Below are positions 48,274 through 57,553 of a DNA stretch of 64,000 nucleotides, piece after piece. The notes beneath the pieces are model-generated. The model had not been told where the DNA came from and did not search any database. It saw nothing but the letters and a program-made list of their open reading frames with translations. Made by a program: the position numbers and the translations under genes. Origin of the DNA: an uncultured Planctomycetaceae bacterium (GTDB lineage Bacteria; Planctomycetota; Planctomycetia; Planctomycetales; Planctomycetaceae); assembly GCA_903858815.1 (NCBI GenBank), contig CAIOKE010000157.1, positions 21,682 to 85,681 on the forward strand, written 5' to 3'. Within the stretch, counting starts at the first letter, position 1. Each line of letters begins with the position of its first letter.

Positions 48274-49758
48274 GTGTTTGAGTCAATTACACAAAGTCTG
48301 GGCAGGGCGTTCAGTGCTTTCCGCGGTACCGGAAAGATCACCGAGGGCAACATCCGCGAAGGCATGCAGCAGGTCCGGCAGGCGTTGCTGGAAGCCGACG
48401 TGGCCTACGACGTCGTACAGAACTTCATCTCCACCGTGACCGAAAAGGCGATCGGCGAAGAGGTTCTCAAGGCTCTGCGCCCCGACCAGCAGATCGTGGG
48501 CATTGTGCATCAGGAACTGATGGACCTGATGGGCCCCGTTGATCACTCGCTGACAGTCCGTCGTGACGGCACCAGCGTCATCATGATGTGTGGTCTGCAG
48601 GGTTCCGGCAAAACAACGACCTGCGGCAAGCTTGCGGTGCGACTAAAAGAGCAGGGCCATGCTCCGTACCTGGTCGCCGCGGACCTGCAGCGTCCTGCGG
48701 CCATCGAACAGCTGAAAATCCTCGGGGCGCAGATCGGCTGTCCGGTCTACTTCGAAGATCCGCAGAACAGCAACCCGGTTCAGGTGTGCCGTAACGGCGT
48801 GGCGGCAGCCAAACGCAGTGGTGCCAAAGTCGTCATTCTGGACACAGCCGGGCGTCTGCACGTGGATGCTCAACTGATGCAGGAACTGCAGCAGATTGAC
48901 AATCAGGTGAATCCGGATCAGGCACTGCTGGTCTGTGACGCCATGACCGGCCAGGACGCGGTTCAAAGCGCCAGGGCCTTCAACGAGGCCCTCGAACTGG
49001 ATGGCGTGATTCTCACCAAACTGGATGGGGATACGCGTGGCGGTGCGGCACTCAGCGTCAAGGCCGTCACTGGCGTCCCCATCAAATTTATTGGTGTGGG
49101 CGAACAGCTGGATCGCCTTGAAGAATTCCACCCGGATCGCATGGCCGGCCGAATTCTTGGCATGGGCGACATCCTGTCGCTCTATGAAAAAGCTCGCAAA
49201 GAATTCGACGAAGACGAAATGCTCCGCCAGCAAGAGCGGATGCAGAAGGGCAAATTCACTCTTGATGACTTCCGCAATCAGATGCGGCAGATCAAGAAAC
49301 TGGGCTCGATGAGGGATATCATGAAAATGATTCCCGGCATGGGGGCCCTTGTGGACCAGCTGGGGGATCTGAACCCTGAAGACGACATGCGTCGAATCGA
49401 AGGCATGATCGATTCGATGACCATGCAGGAACGTCAGAATCCTGAAATCATCGATCGCAGTCGCCGCAACCGTATTGCTCGCGGTAGTGGCATGCAGGCA
49501 GCCGACATCAATAAGCTGCTCAAGGACTTTTCGATGATGAGCAAAATGATGCAGGGGATGACCAACATGGGGTTGCGCGACCGCCTGCGCATGATGCGCG
49601 GTCTGGCGGACGGCGGTTTCATGAACCCCGAAGCTGAGATTGTCGAGAAAAAGTTAAGAAGTGCTCGTGGCCCCGCCGACAAGGACGCGGCTCGGGACAA
49701 AAAGAAAAAACAGCGAAAAGAGGCTCAAAAGGCCAAAAAACGAAATCGTCGCCGTTAA
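48274..49758 (+). CDS. ffh: signal recognition particle protein Ffh
   Basis: A GTG start gives [18 protein letters not shown] (canonical Ffh N-terminus). It has [15 protein letters not shown] (GTPase G1), [20 protein letters not shown], and a Met-rich M domain with a Lys/Arg tail. The longest ORF begins at 47911. Confidence 0.92.
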   Translation: MFESITQSLGRAFSAFRGTGKITEGNIREGMQQVRQALLEADVAYDVVQNFISTVTEKAIGEEVLKALRPDQQIVGIVHQELMDLMGPVDHSLTVRRDGTSVIMMCGLQGSGKTTTCGKLAVRLKEQGHAPYLVAADLQRPAAIEQLKILGAQIGCPVYFEDPQNSNPVQVCRNGVAAAKRSGAKVVILDTAGRLHVDAQLMQELQQIDNQVNPDQALLVCDAMTGQDAVQSARAFNEALELDGVILTKLDGDTRGGAALSVKAVTGVPIKFIGVGEQLDRLEEFHPDRMAGRILGMGDILSLYEKARKEFDEDEMLRQQERMQKGKFTLDDFRNQMRQIKKLGSMRDIMKMIPGMGALVDQLGDLNPEDDMRRIEGMIDSMTMQERQNPEIIDRSRRNRIARGSGMQAADINKLLKDFSMMSKMMQGMTNMGLRDRLRMMRGLADGGFMNPEAEIVEKKLRSARGPADKDAARDKKKKQRKEAQKAKKRNRRR

Positions 49759-49937
49759 AACCGGCCCGAGGCAAGGGATGTGCACCTTTGCACACTCCCG
49801 CAATCCTGCCGAGTTTGGGAAGTTTCCCGGACCGTCCCGGATACCTGCCTCCCGGATTGCTCTGCAGCGGTTTCAGTCGTTATCTTAAAGGATTCTTCCA
49901 ACCTTTTGGCGCGTCAGACCGCGTCGCCAGAAGGCTC

Positions 49938-49977
49938 GATCAAGCTTGATCAGGCTTGATCAACCTGGATCAAATCG
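49938..49977. repeat. four tandem 10-bp units each starting with GATCA (GATCAAGCTT GATCAGGCTT GATCAACCTG GATCAAATCG)
   Basis: GATC occurs at 49938, 49948, 49958 and 49968, an exact 10-bp phasing, 36-75 nt upstream of the rpsP ATG. Confidence 0.85.
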
Positions 49978-50012
49978 GTGTGGAAATCTGTTGTGGAAAA
50001 CCGGGAGCAGCA

Positions 50013-50357
50013 ATGTCAGTTCGTATTCGTATGAAGAAAATGGGCCGCAAGCATCGCCCGTTCTTCCGTATCTGTGTGATGGATTCGCAAGTCGCCCGTG
50101 ACGGCAAGACGATTGAGGAAGTTGGGTTTTACGACCCAATGGTCCATGACAAGGCTGCTCGCGTAAAGATGAACCTTGAGCGAGTGGATTACTGGTTGTC
50201 AGTGGGTGCTCAGCCCAGCGAAAAGGTCAACGCCTTGATTCGCAAGGTGAAGACGAACCGTTTCGGCACCGCAAAGGCTCCGCCGCCAATGCTGGCTCCG
50301 AAGGTCCGCGAGGAAGCGGCTCCTGCTGAATCAGCAGAGGCTGCAGCCACTGAATGA
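50013..50357 (+). CDS. rpsP: 30S ribosomal protein S16
   Basis: MSVRIRMKKMGRKHRPFFRICVMDSQVARDGKTIEEVGFYDP. GGGAG lies 5 nt upstream of the ATG at 50013. Confidence 0.93.
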   Translation: MSVRIRMKKMGRKHRPFFRICVMDSQVARDGKTIEEVGFYDPMVHDKAARVKMNLERVDYWLSVGAQPSEKVNALIRKVKTNRFGTAKAPPPMLAPKVREEAAPAESAEAAATE

Positions 50358-51226
50358 CGGTCGCTGAACCCCATGCTGCTGCTGGGTCGTCAGATCCCGA
50401 TCTGACACCTTCCCATGCAGACCTGCCTCAGGGTTCGCAGGTTGATTGTCCTGATCTGTCAGAATCCGCTGCCGTTCAGGCACCAGAACCTGACAACCCC
50501 GACACAACTCTTCCTGCAAAGCAACTGTCGATACGATTTGATATTCTGACTTTGTTCCCGGAAATGTTTCACAGCTATCTGGGGCAGGGTCATCTGAAGC
50601 GGGCAATTGAACGCGGTCTGGTAAACATCCAACTGCACAATTTTCGGGACTATGCCCCGGGAAAGCGGAAGCAGGTCGACGACAAACCATTTGGTGGCGG
50701 GCCCGGCATGTTGATCATGTGCCAGCCCGTGTTCGACTGTGTTGAAGCGGTGCAGGCTCAGGAACAGCAGCCAGGACGGCTGCTGATGATGACTCCTCAG
50801 GGTCGGCGACTGGATCAGACGCTGGTCGAAGAGTTATCAGGCGAACCTCGACTGCTGCTCCTTTGTGGGCGGTATGAAGGGTTTGACGATCGGATCCGAC
50901 AGGGGCTCAGGCCTCTCGAAGTTTCGGTCGGCGATTTTATCTGCAATGGCGGTGAAGTACCGGCCATGCTGATAGTAGATACAGTCATCAGGTTGATTCC
51001 CGGAGTTCTCCACGACGAAACCAGCAGCCGTTATGATTCCTTCAGTCATGCCGGTCTGCTTGAGCATCCTCAGTTCACTCGCCCACGCGAATACCGAGGC
51101 ATGACGGTTCCCGATGTGCTGATCAACGGCAATCACAAAGACATACAGAAGTGGCAGCATCTGCAAAGCCTTCAGCGAACCGCTGAAAGACGTAGTGATC
51201 TGCTCCCGGACAATTCGAACCTCTGA
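50354..51226 (+). CDS. trmD: tRNA (guanine37-N1)-methyltransferase with a ~55-aa N-terminal extension
   Basis: IRFDILTLFPEMFHSYLGQGHLKRAIERGLV..., DDKPFGGGPGMLI, LLLLCGRYEGFDDRI, SVGDFICNGGEVPAMLIVD. Its ATG overlaps the rpsP TGA (ATGA). Confidence 0.9.
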   Translation: MTVAEPHAAAGSSDPDLTPSHADLPQGSQVDCPDLSESAAVQAPEPDNPDTTLPAKQLSIRFDILTLFPEMFHSYLGQGHLKRAIERGLVNIQLHNFRDYAPGKRKQVDDKPFGGGPGMLIMCQPVFDCVEAVQAQEQQPGRLLMMTPQGRRLDQTLVEELSGEPRLLLLCGRYEGFDDRIRQGLRPLEVSVGDFICNGGEVPAMLIVDTVIRLIPGVLHDETSSRYDSFSHAGLLEHPQFTRPREYRGMTVPDVLINGNHKDIQKWQHLQSLQRTAERRSDLLPDNSNL

Positions 51227-51282
51227 CAGACGCTCTTAACGATCCGCCGCAATTGGCGGCTCAGGCAGGAAGGACCAGTCTC

Positions 51283-51669
51283 ATGCGTAACTTGCTCGTG
51301 GAAAGTGCAGAAAAGTCCAGTCTTCGTGAACAGCCGCTGCAGTTCGCAATCGGTGATACCGTGGACGTGCACACTCGCATTCTGGAAGGTAACAAAGAAC
51401 GCATCCAGAAGTTCAACGGCGTCGTCATCGCTCGCCGTGGTTCAGGGACTCGCGAAATGTTCACCGTTCGCCGCATTGTGCAGGGTGAAGGCGTCGAGCG
51501 AACTTTCCCCATCAACTCCCCCAAAGTTGCTGCTGTGGAGGTCAAACGACACGCTCGCGTTCGCCGCGCAAAGCTGTTCTACCTCCGTGAACGTACCGGC
51601 AAGGCCACTCGACTTCGTGAACGCAATGCGAAGCCATGGGAATCTCAGGTCAGCGACGCCAACGGCTGA
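51283..51669 (+). CDS. rplS: 50S ribosomal protein L19
   Basis: FAIGDTVDVHTRILEGNKERIQKFNGVVIARRGSGTREMFTVRRIVQGEGVERTFPINSPKV. The start is set at ATG 51283 with AGGAAGGA upstream. Confidence 0.93.
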   Translation: MRNLLVESAEKSSLREQPLQFAIGDTVDVHTRILEGNKERIQKFNGVVIARRGSGTREMFTVRRIVQGEGVERTFPINSPKVAAVEVKRHARVRRAKLFYLRERTGKATRLRERNAKPWESQVSDANG

Positions 51670-51738
51670 GAACACCTTTCAATACACGTCTCTGCTTACC
51701 GCACAAAACTGCCGCGGTGCAGCACGCAACCTATCCTG

Positions 51739-51772
51739 CCGCCAGCCCTGCCGGGTCTGGCGGTTTTTTTTT
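51739..51772 (+). terminator. rho-independent terminator after rplS
   Basis: CCGCCAG-11 nt-CTGGCGG followed by nine consecutive T (51764-51772). Confidence 0.8.
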
Positions 51773-51786
51773 CACCCTCACACATC

Positions 51787-53010
51787 ATGAATTCCCCCGC
51801 CTCAAATACTCGCGGCATGATCCAGCAGTATCAGGAACTGCCGAGGACAGTCCACCTGCTGTGCGTCGGTTCATTCATCAACCGCGTCGGCTCGTTCGTG
51901 ATGCTCTTCCTGTCCATTTACGTCAGCGAACAACTGCAGCTTGGAACCACTTTTGCCAGCTACTGCATCGGTGCATTCGGCTGCGGATCCGTGGTCTCCG
52001 CACTGCTCGGCGGACAGCTCGCCGATCAATTCGGACGTCGTCGCACAATGCTGCTGGCGCTGTTCGGCGGAGCTGCCACCCTGCTGCTGCTCAGCCAGAT
52101 CACAAATGGCTGGCTGTTCATGTTCACACTGTTCCTGTTCGCCCTGATCATGGACATGTACCGCCCGGCCTCCGCAGCACTCGTCGGTGACGCTGTAACG
52201 GACGAACAACGGCCGCACGCCTTCGGATTACTCTACCTGTCATTCAATCTGGGCTTCGCCGTCGCTCCACCCATCGGCGGATACCTTGCCGGAAAATCCT
52301 TTCAGTACCTGTTCTGGTTTGATGCCGCCACAACTGCCATGTACGGGGCTGTAGTCCTGCTCACAATCCGTGAAATCCGCCACTTCCACAAACACTCCCA
52401 GTCCAGACCCCGCTCCGCTCAGGCTGCCCTGCAGCATCTGCTGCACGATCACAATTTCCAGCTGTTCATGGTCTGCAGCCTGCTGACAAATATCGTCTTC
52501 ATGCAGGCCTTCGTCACACTGCCACTCTACCTCTACAGACTCGGTTTCAATGAACTGGAATTCGGACAGATGATCTGCCTGAATGGAGCCCTGATCGTTC
52601 TGCTGCAGCTGCCCGCCACACACATCCTCAGCAGATTCCCACGCGGCGCTGTCCTGATCTGCGGGGAACTGCTGATGGCAGCCGGATTCGCGCTCACCGC
52701 AGCGGCTGCCAGTGCCCCCATGATCCTTCTCACCATCACACTCTGGACACTGGGTGAAATCCTGCAGGCACCCTGGAAACCAACTCTCGTCTCGGAAATG
52801 GCACCCGTCGACCTGCGCGCCCGCTACATGGGCCTGTTCAATATCACTCATGCCATGTCAATCGCCCTCGGAGCACCTCTGGGAGGATTCGTGCTGTCCC
52901 GCTTCGGACCCACGGTTCTGTGGCCGGCTGCAGGATGTGTCCTGCTGCTGACCTGCGGTCTGTACGCACTGCTGTTCCACCGGCTGGCAAAAAAATCTGA
53001 AACCACCTGA
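51787..53010 (+). CDS. MFS transporter
   Basis: About 12 hydrophobic segments. MFS motif A is GGQLADQFGRRRTMLLAL, between TM2 and TM3. Confidence 0.85.
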   Translation: MNSPASNTRGMIQQYQELPRTVHLLCVGSFINRVGSFVMLFLSIYVSEQLQLGTTFASYCIGAFGCGSVVSALLGGQLADQFGRRRTMLLALFGGAATLLLLSQITNGWLFMFTLFLFALIMDMYRPASAALVGDAVTDEQRPHAFGLLYLSFNLGFAVAPPIGGYLAGKSFQYLFWFDAATTAMYGAVVLLTIREIRHFHKHSQSRPRSAQAALQHLLHDHNFQLFMVCSLLTNIVFMQAFVTLPLYLYRLGFNELEFGQMICLNGALIVLLQLPATHILSRFPRGAVLICGELLMAAGFALTAAAASAPMILLTITLWTLGEILQAPWKPTLVSEMAPVDLRARYMGLFNITHAMSIALGAPLGGFVLSRFGPTVLWPAAGCVLLLTCGLYALLFHRLAKKSETT

Positions 53011-53014
53011 CGAC

Positions 53015-55273
53015 TCACCGCGGACGCTGCTGCTGATCAAGCTGTTCCTGCAGCGTCTGCTTCAGCTGCCGAACCCGCTCGATGTCCACGCCCTCAGGAC
53101 CCTCAGTAATAAACCACTCAGCATCCGCAATCGCCATCGCCAGACGACCCGTCCTCGCACGCATCTCCAGACGCTTGGCACGATACTCCACATTCGTCGG
53201 CACAATGACTGCCAGTGTCTCCAGACACGACAGCACATCCTCGTCTGCCCGCCGAGCCTCAGCCAGATTCAGCAGATTATTCACCATCCGCTCAATAATC
53301 TCAGCCGAAGTTCTTGACTCCCGAAACCGAGGCTGATCCGGAAAACCGGCCGCAGCAATGATCCTGCGAATGTCGTCCTCAGACATGCGACGCCCACGCT
53401 CAAACACGTCGATCATCTGCGATTCACCGCCTGACTGCGGCTCAAATCGCACCACAAAATGTCCCGGAAGACCCACCCCGGAAACCTTCAGATTCAGTCG
53501 CTTCGCCAGCTCCATGTACAACACCGAAAGCGAAATCGGGATTCCCTCCCGATCATCAATCACCTCATTCAGATAACTGTTGGATGCCGTGTCATACTCA
53601 AATCGACTGCCACGAAACCCCAGTTCTTCAAATAACAGGCGATCCAGTTCTGCCAGCCGAGCTGACTCGGTCGCATCGGCAGGCAAACGACCGCTGATCT
53701 CTGCTGCCATACGATCCACTCGCTGCACATAACCGGCAGCATCCACATCAGAATTGTCAATGCGAGCAACCAGCAGGGCACACGTCAGCAGATCCGGCGA
53801 CTGACCCGCATCAGCCGGTCGCAGTGCAGCCAGCAGCTCACGCCTGACCGCCGCCCTGTGCAGATCCTCCGACAGTAACTTCAGCCGCCGCGCCTTCTGC
53901 TGCAGCCGCTCGGACTCCGCCACCATGTACTCAATCGCTGGTTCACCCAGCGGCAGCAACGTGTCCAGACCATCCTGCTGCACCGGCAGATCCCAGCGCA
54001 TCCCCGCAGCAAAGTCCCGCAGACGCGCCGCTTCACCCGAATCACGCGGAGCAGGCAACAGGTCTGTACCCGTTTCATATCGTCGAAACTCCGCCACCGT
54101 CCCACGAAATGCCGCCAGACCCGCTCGACCCCGCGGCAGGACCAGATCGCGAGACTCCACCACCAGAGTCTCGTTCACATAACACTGCACTCGATCCTCA
54201 TAAATCCGGACCGTCAGACTGTTCCACTGCTCACGACGCCACGCATCATGCGGCTGGTTATGCAGGATCGTCCATGAATTCACGTCCGGACCATCAAACC
54301 GCGTCAGACGCAGGTTCCCCGCACTGGGATAAAATCCATAATGACGGTCACCCTCGTCCGAATGAAACACCAGCCCCGCCGCTCCACTTTCATCCTCCAG
54401 ACGCACCAGAACTCGCACGTCATATGGTACTGCAGGAACATCCGCCCGACTGATGCACAATGTCCGCCCGCCAAATCCCGCACCCTCACCCGTCACCAGT
54501 ATCCGACCAGCACGCTGACGCCAGTTGCCCCCGGAAACCACCGTCCACTGCTGCGGATCCAGAGCACCTATCGTGCTCCAACGCGACATCAGGACCGGAT
54601 TGGGATCCGACTTCAGCTCGCGCAGCAAACGCACCGGGACCGCAAAACCCAGCTTGTCCTGTAATGCCGACTTGCGAGTCACAATCCCGACGACTGATCC
54701 CTGCCGGTCCAGAACCGGACCACCACTGTTGCCACGCTCAATCGACATCGCCAACTGCAGCATCTCGACGCCATCAATATCCTGATGACCGGAAATCACG
54801 CCCGACACGATCGAATTCCTAAAACCCTCCGGATGACCCAACGCGACCACCTCACGCCCCTGAGGCGTCCGATCGTCCGCGGAAAGTGTCAACGCCGGCA
54901 GCTGCAGGTCTGCCACCCTCAGAATCGCCAGATCCAGACGACTGGATGATGCATACACCTCCACCACGGGAACCAGCTTCCCGTCTGGCAGCTCCACCCG
55001 GATCTCTCGGCCATCACCAATCACGTGATGAGCAGTCGCGATCAGGCCACCCTCAATCACAAAACCGGTCCCCAGCCCCGAATCACTGCCCGTGCGATCC
55101 GTTGCACGAACCACCACCAGCGATTTCTGTGCCCGCTCCGCAAGCACCTCAGCTGATAAAGGTGGCTGAGCTGACGCAGACGGCTCATCACCCCGAACTG
55201 CTGCTGCACACAACAATACGCCACACAGCACAAGGGCAGGGCACTGAACACGCAGATTCAGATTGCGAAGCAC
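53015..55273 (-). CDS. secreted multidomain protein: S1C trypsin-like serine protease + DUF1080-like lectin fold + transglutaminase-like (SirB1/Transglut_core2)/TPR
   Basis: Protease triad contexts are ATAHHVIGDG, RLDLAILRV and GNSGGPVLD. The middle region AGLVFHSDEGDRHYGFY...NLRLTRF...WNSLTVRIYEDRVQCYVN resembles DUF1080. The C-terminal SYLNEVIDDREGIPISLSVLYMELAKRLNLKVSGVGLPGHFVVRF resembles the SirB1-type transglutaminase-like domain. The start is placed at GTG 55273 (GGGAG 9 nt upstream, then a signal-like VLCGVLLCAAAV); the longest ORF reaches 55435. Confidence 0.8.
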   Translation of the reverse strand: MLRNLNLRVQCPALVLCGVLLCAAAVRGDEPSASAQPPLSAEVLAERAQKSLVVVRATDRTGSDSGLGTGFVIEGGLIATAHHVIGDGREIRVELPDGKLVPVVEVYASSSRLDLAILRVADLQLPALTLSADDRTPQGREVVALGHPEGFRNSIVSGVISGHQDIDGVEMLQLAMSIERGNSGGPVLDRQGSVVGIVTRKSALQDKLGFAVPVRLLRELKSDPNPVLMSRWSTIGALDPQQWTVVSGGNWRQRAGRILVTGEGAGFGGRTLCISRADVPAVPYDVRVLVRLEDESGAAGLVFHSDEGDRHYGFYPSAGNLRLTRFDGPDVNSWTILHNQPHDAWRREQWNSLTVRIYEDRVQCYVNETLVVESRDLVLPRGRAGLAAFRGTVAEFRRYETGTDLLPAPRDSGEAARLRDFAAGMRWDLPVQQDGLDTLLPLGEPAIEYMVAESERLQQKARRLKLLSEDLHRAAVRRELLAALRPADAGQSPDLLTCALLVARIDNSDVDAAGYVQRVDRMAAEISGRLPADATESARLAELDRLLFEELGFRGSRFEYDTASNSYLNEVIDDREGIPISLSVLYMELAKRLNLKVSGVGLPGHFVVRFEPQSGGESQMIDVFERGRRMSEDDIRRIIAAAGFPDQPRFRESRTSAEIIERMVNNLLNLAEARRADEDVLSCLETLAVIVPTNVEYRAKRLEMRARTGRLAMAIADAEWFITEGPEGVDIERVRQLKQTLQEQLDQQQRPR

Positions 55274-55379
55274 CGCAGTCGACTCCCTTTTGTTCCAGTG
55301 AATACACGAGACAGCCGCCCGCCATCCCCGGCTCAGTGTAACCGACCGGCCAACCGAATCGACAGCAATTTCCAAAACT

Positions 55380-56288
55380 TCAGCCCGCTGCAGCAGGGAC
55401 CAGCAAACGCATACTGCTCGGGGCAACCACCACACTCAATGGCAATTCCCCGCCCGGATCACCGTCAAACTGAAAATGGGCCACACCAGCACTGTCCCGC
55501 ACTCTCACACTGACTGCCGTCGTCCGAAACGACGTCACCTCCGCTGCAGCAATCGGCCAGCCCAGACGCAGACGCAGAATGTGCCACAACATCGCCGCAC
55601 GACTGCCACCGTGATAAACACGCACGTCCAGCAGACCGTCATCCGGCTCAGCTGCCGGAGAAAACGGGAAGTCAAATCCATACTTCGGCACGCTCGATAC
55701 GATCACGTGCACACCGGATACCGGCTGAGATAACTCGGCGGCCGTCACTTCAAAACGATGCAGACTTGCAGACAGCAGCGACCGCATCACCGGCACCACA
55801 TAGTCCCAGCGACTGATGTGCCCACGCCGGCGACTATGCACACACTCCACAACCTCCGCGTCCGGACCACAACTGACCATCAGCAGAAAACGACGGCCAT
55901 TGCAGAATGCCGAATCCAGTCGCCTGACCACCCCCGCTGCTATCACACCCGACAGAAACTTCCCGTCACGACGAAGACCAAGATACTTCGCCAGCAGGTT
56001 TTCAGTGCCCAGCGGCAGCACAGCCAGAGGTATCGCCGGATGACGATTCACCAGATCCGCCACCGTACCGTCACCACCCGCAGCCACAATGCAGCAGATC
56101 CGACGATCAACCGCAGCCCGCACCACCCAGCGATCAAGCTGAGCTCGATCCGAAAACATCCGGACCCCATAGCCGCGCCTCCGCAGCGCTGATACCAGTA
56201 TCAGCAGCTCACGAACCCCACGACCACTGCCGGACAGCGGATTGCGCTGAATCACAACCCAGCTGTCCGTTCCCTTCCCTGCTGACAT
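55380..56288 (-). CDS. diacylglycerol/lipid kinase family protein (YegS/LCB5-like)
   Basis: VIQRNPLSGSGRG... and VAAGGDGTVADLVN (the GGDGT motif), with overall DAGK_cat architecture. Confidence 0.85.
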   Translation of the reverse strand: MSAGKGTDSWVVIQRNPLSGSGRGVRELLILVSALRRRGYGVRMFSDRAQLDRWVVRAAVDRRICCIVAAGGDGTVADLVNRHPAIPLAVLPLGTENLLAKYLGLRRDGKFLSGVIAAGVVRRLDSAFCNGRRFLLMVSCGPDAEVVECVHSRRRGHISRWDYVVPVMRSLLSASLHRFEVTAAELSQPVSGVHVIVSSVPKYGFDFPFSPAAEPDDGLLDVRVYHGGSRAAMLWHILRLRLGWPIAAAEVTSFRTTAVSVRVRDSAGVAHFQFDGDPGGELPLSVVVAPSSMRLLVPAAAG

Positions 56289-56329
56289 ACCACGCTCTCA
56301 GTGCTGCAGCAGACCGAAAACACCGAATG

Positions 56330-57553
56330 TCACTTCGGAGCAGCCAGTTTGATCAGATTGCTGTCGCTGCGAATGAACAAACCACCATTCGATGCACCCG
56401 GACTGCACAGAATCGTCTCACCCAGATCCAGCTCGGACACAATCGTCCCCTTGTCCGCCTCCGGCTTCACCACAAATGCCACTCCCGCCTCGTTCACCAG
56501 ATACAGATGATCTCGAGCGTAAATCGGAGTCCCGCTGAAAGTGCCTCGCAGTCGCAATTGCCAGACACGCTCTCCTGTCTCCAGAGATGCAGCGTTCAGC
56601 ACACCAGAACTGTTCAGCACCAGAGCCAGATTGCCGGCAACCACCGGGCTCGATGTGGCCGGGCTGATATTCCCGGAATTCCATAACTGCTCCACCGAAT
56701 CAGCCCCTGGCTTCAAGGCCGTCAGACCATTCGATGGCACATACACCGTTCCAGCAGACACCGTCGCTGAAGGAATCGTTGATGCACCCTTGTCAAATTC
56801 CCACGCAACCTTTCCGGACTCCGGATAGACTGCCGTTAACCCCTTCGATGACTGCAACAGTACCAGTGCCGCACGACCACCACGGCCCGGAATCAGAGCC
56901 GGTGATGTCCAGTTCGCAGCTCGCGGACGCTGAATCTGCCAGCGAGTCTCACCAGAGGCCACGTCAACCCCGCACGCAAATGCCTCCGCATCACTCTCAA
57001 CCTGCACCACCACAGTCTCACCAACCACAATCGGAGATGATGACATCCCCAGACTGTTGCTGGCATTCGGAAACTCACGACCCAGACCGCGATACCACAG
57101 CAATCGACCCTTCAGATCCAGACAGAACAGGTCGTTGCTTGAGAAAAAGGCAAAGACACGCTGACCGTCACTGGCCATCGTCGGCGTTGCATTCGCCATC
57201 TTCTCGTGAGTCTGAGTGCGTCCGGTGGCATGGAACTGACGCTGCCAGAGCTGCATCCCACTCTCAGCATCTATACTGATCACATGCAGACGGTTCTGCG
57301 TATAGCCGGAACTGGCCGACACAAACACACGACCATCCACAATCACCGGACCGGAAACACCACGCCCCGGTAATGCGGCCTTCCACGCGATCGTCGAACC
57401 ACTCAGTTCCGTCGGCAAAGATTCACCCGAAGCCACCGAATTCGCTTCGTTGCCACGAAACTGCTTCCAGTCCCCGGCCCACAACACACCGCACGAAAAC
57501 TGCAGCCCACACAACAACGCCAGTACCAGAGATTTTCCATCAGGCCGATTCAT
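56330..57553 (-). CDS. secreted PQQ-like beta-propeller repeat protein (second copy in the window)
   Basis: Signal LVLALLCGLQFSCGVLWAGDWKQFRGN followed by repeated propeller blades (GPVIVDGRVFV, LFCLDLKGRLLW, CGVDVASGETRW, LTAVYPESGKVAW...). Its start overlaps the upstream stop by 4 nt. Confidence 0.75.
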   Translation of the reverse strand: MNRPDGKSLVLALLCGLQFSCGVLWAGDWKQFRGNEANSVASGESLPTELSGSTIAWKAALPGRGVSGPVIVDGRVFVSASSGYTQNRLHVISIDAESGMQLWQRQFHATGRTQTHEKMANATPTMASDGQRVFAFFSSNDLFCLDLKGRLLWYRGLGREFPNASNSLGMSSSPIVVGETVVVQVESDAEAFACGVDVASGETRWQIQRPRAANWTSPALIPGRGGRAALVLLQSSKGLTAVYPESGKVAWEFDKGASTIPSATVSAGTVYVPSNGLTALKPGADSVEQLWNSGNISPATSSPVVAGNLALVLNSSGVLNAASLETGERVWQLRLRGTFSGTPIYARDHLYLVNEAGVAFVVKPEADKGTIVSELDLGETILCSPGASNGGLFIRSDSNLIKLAAPK

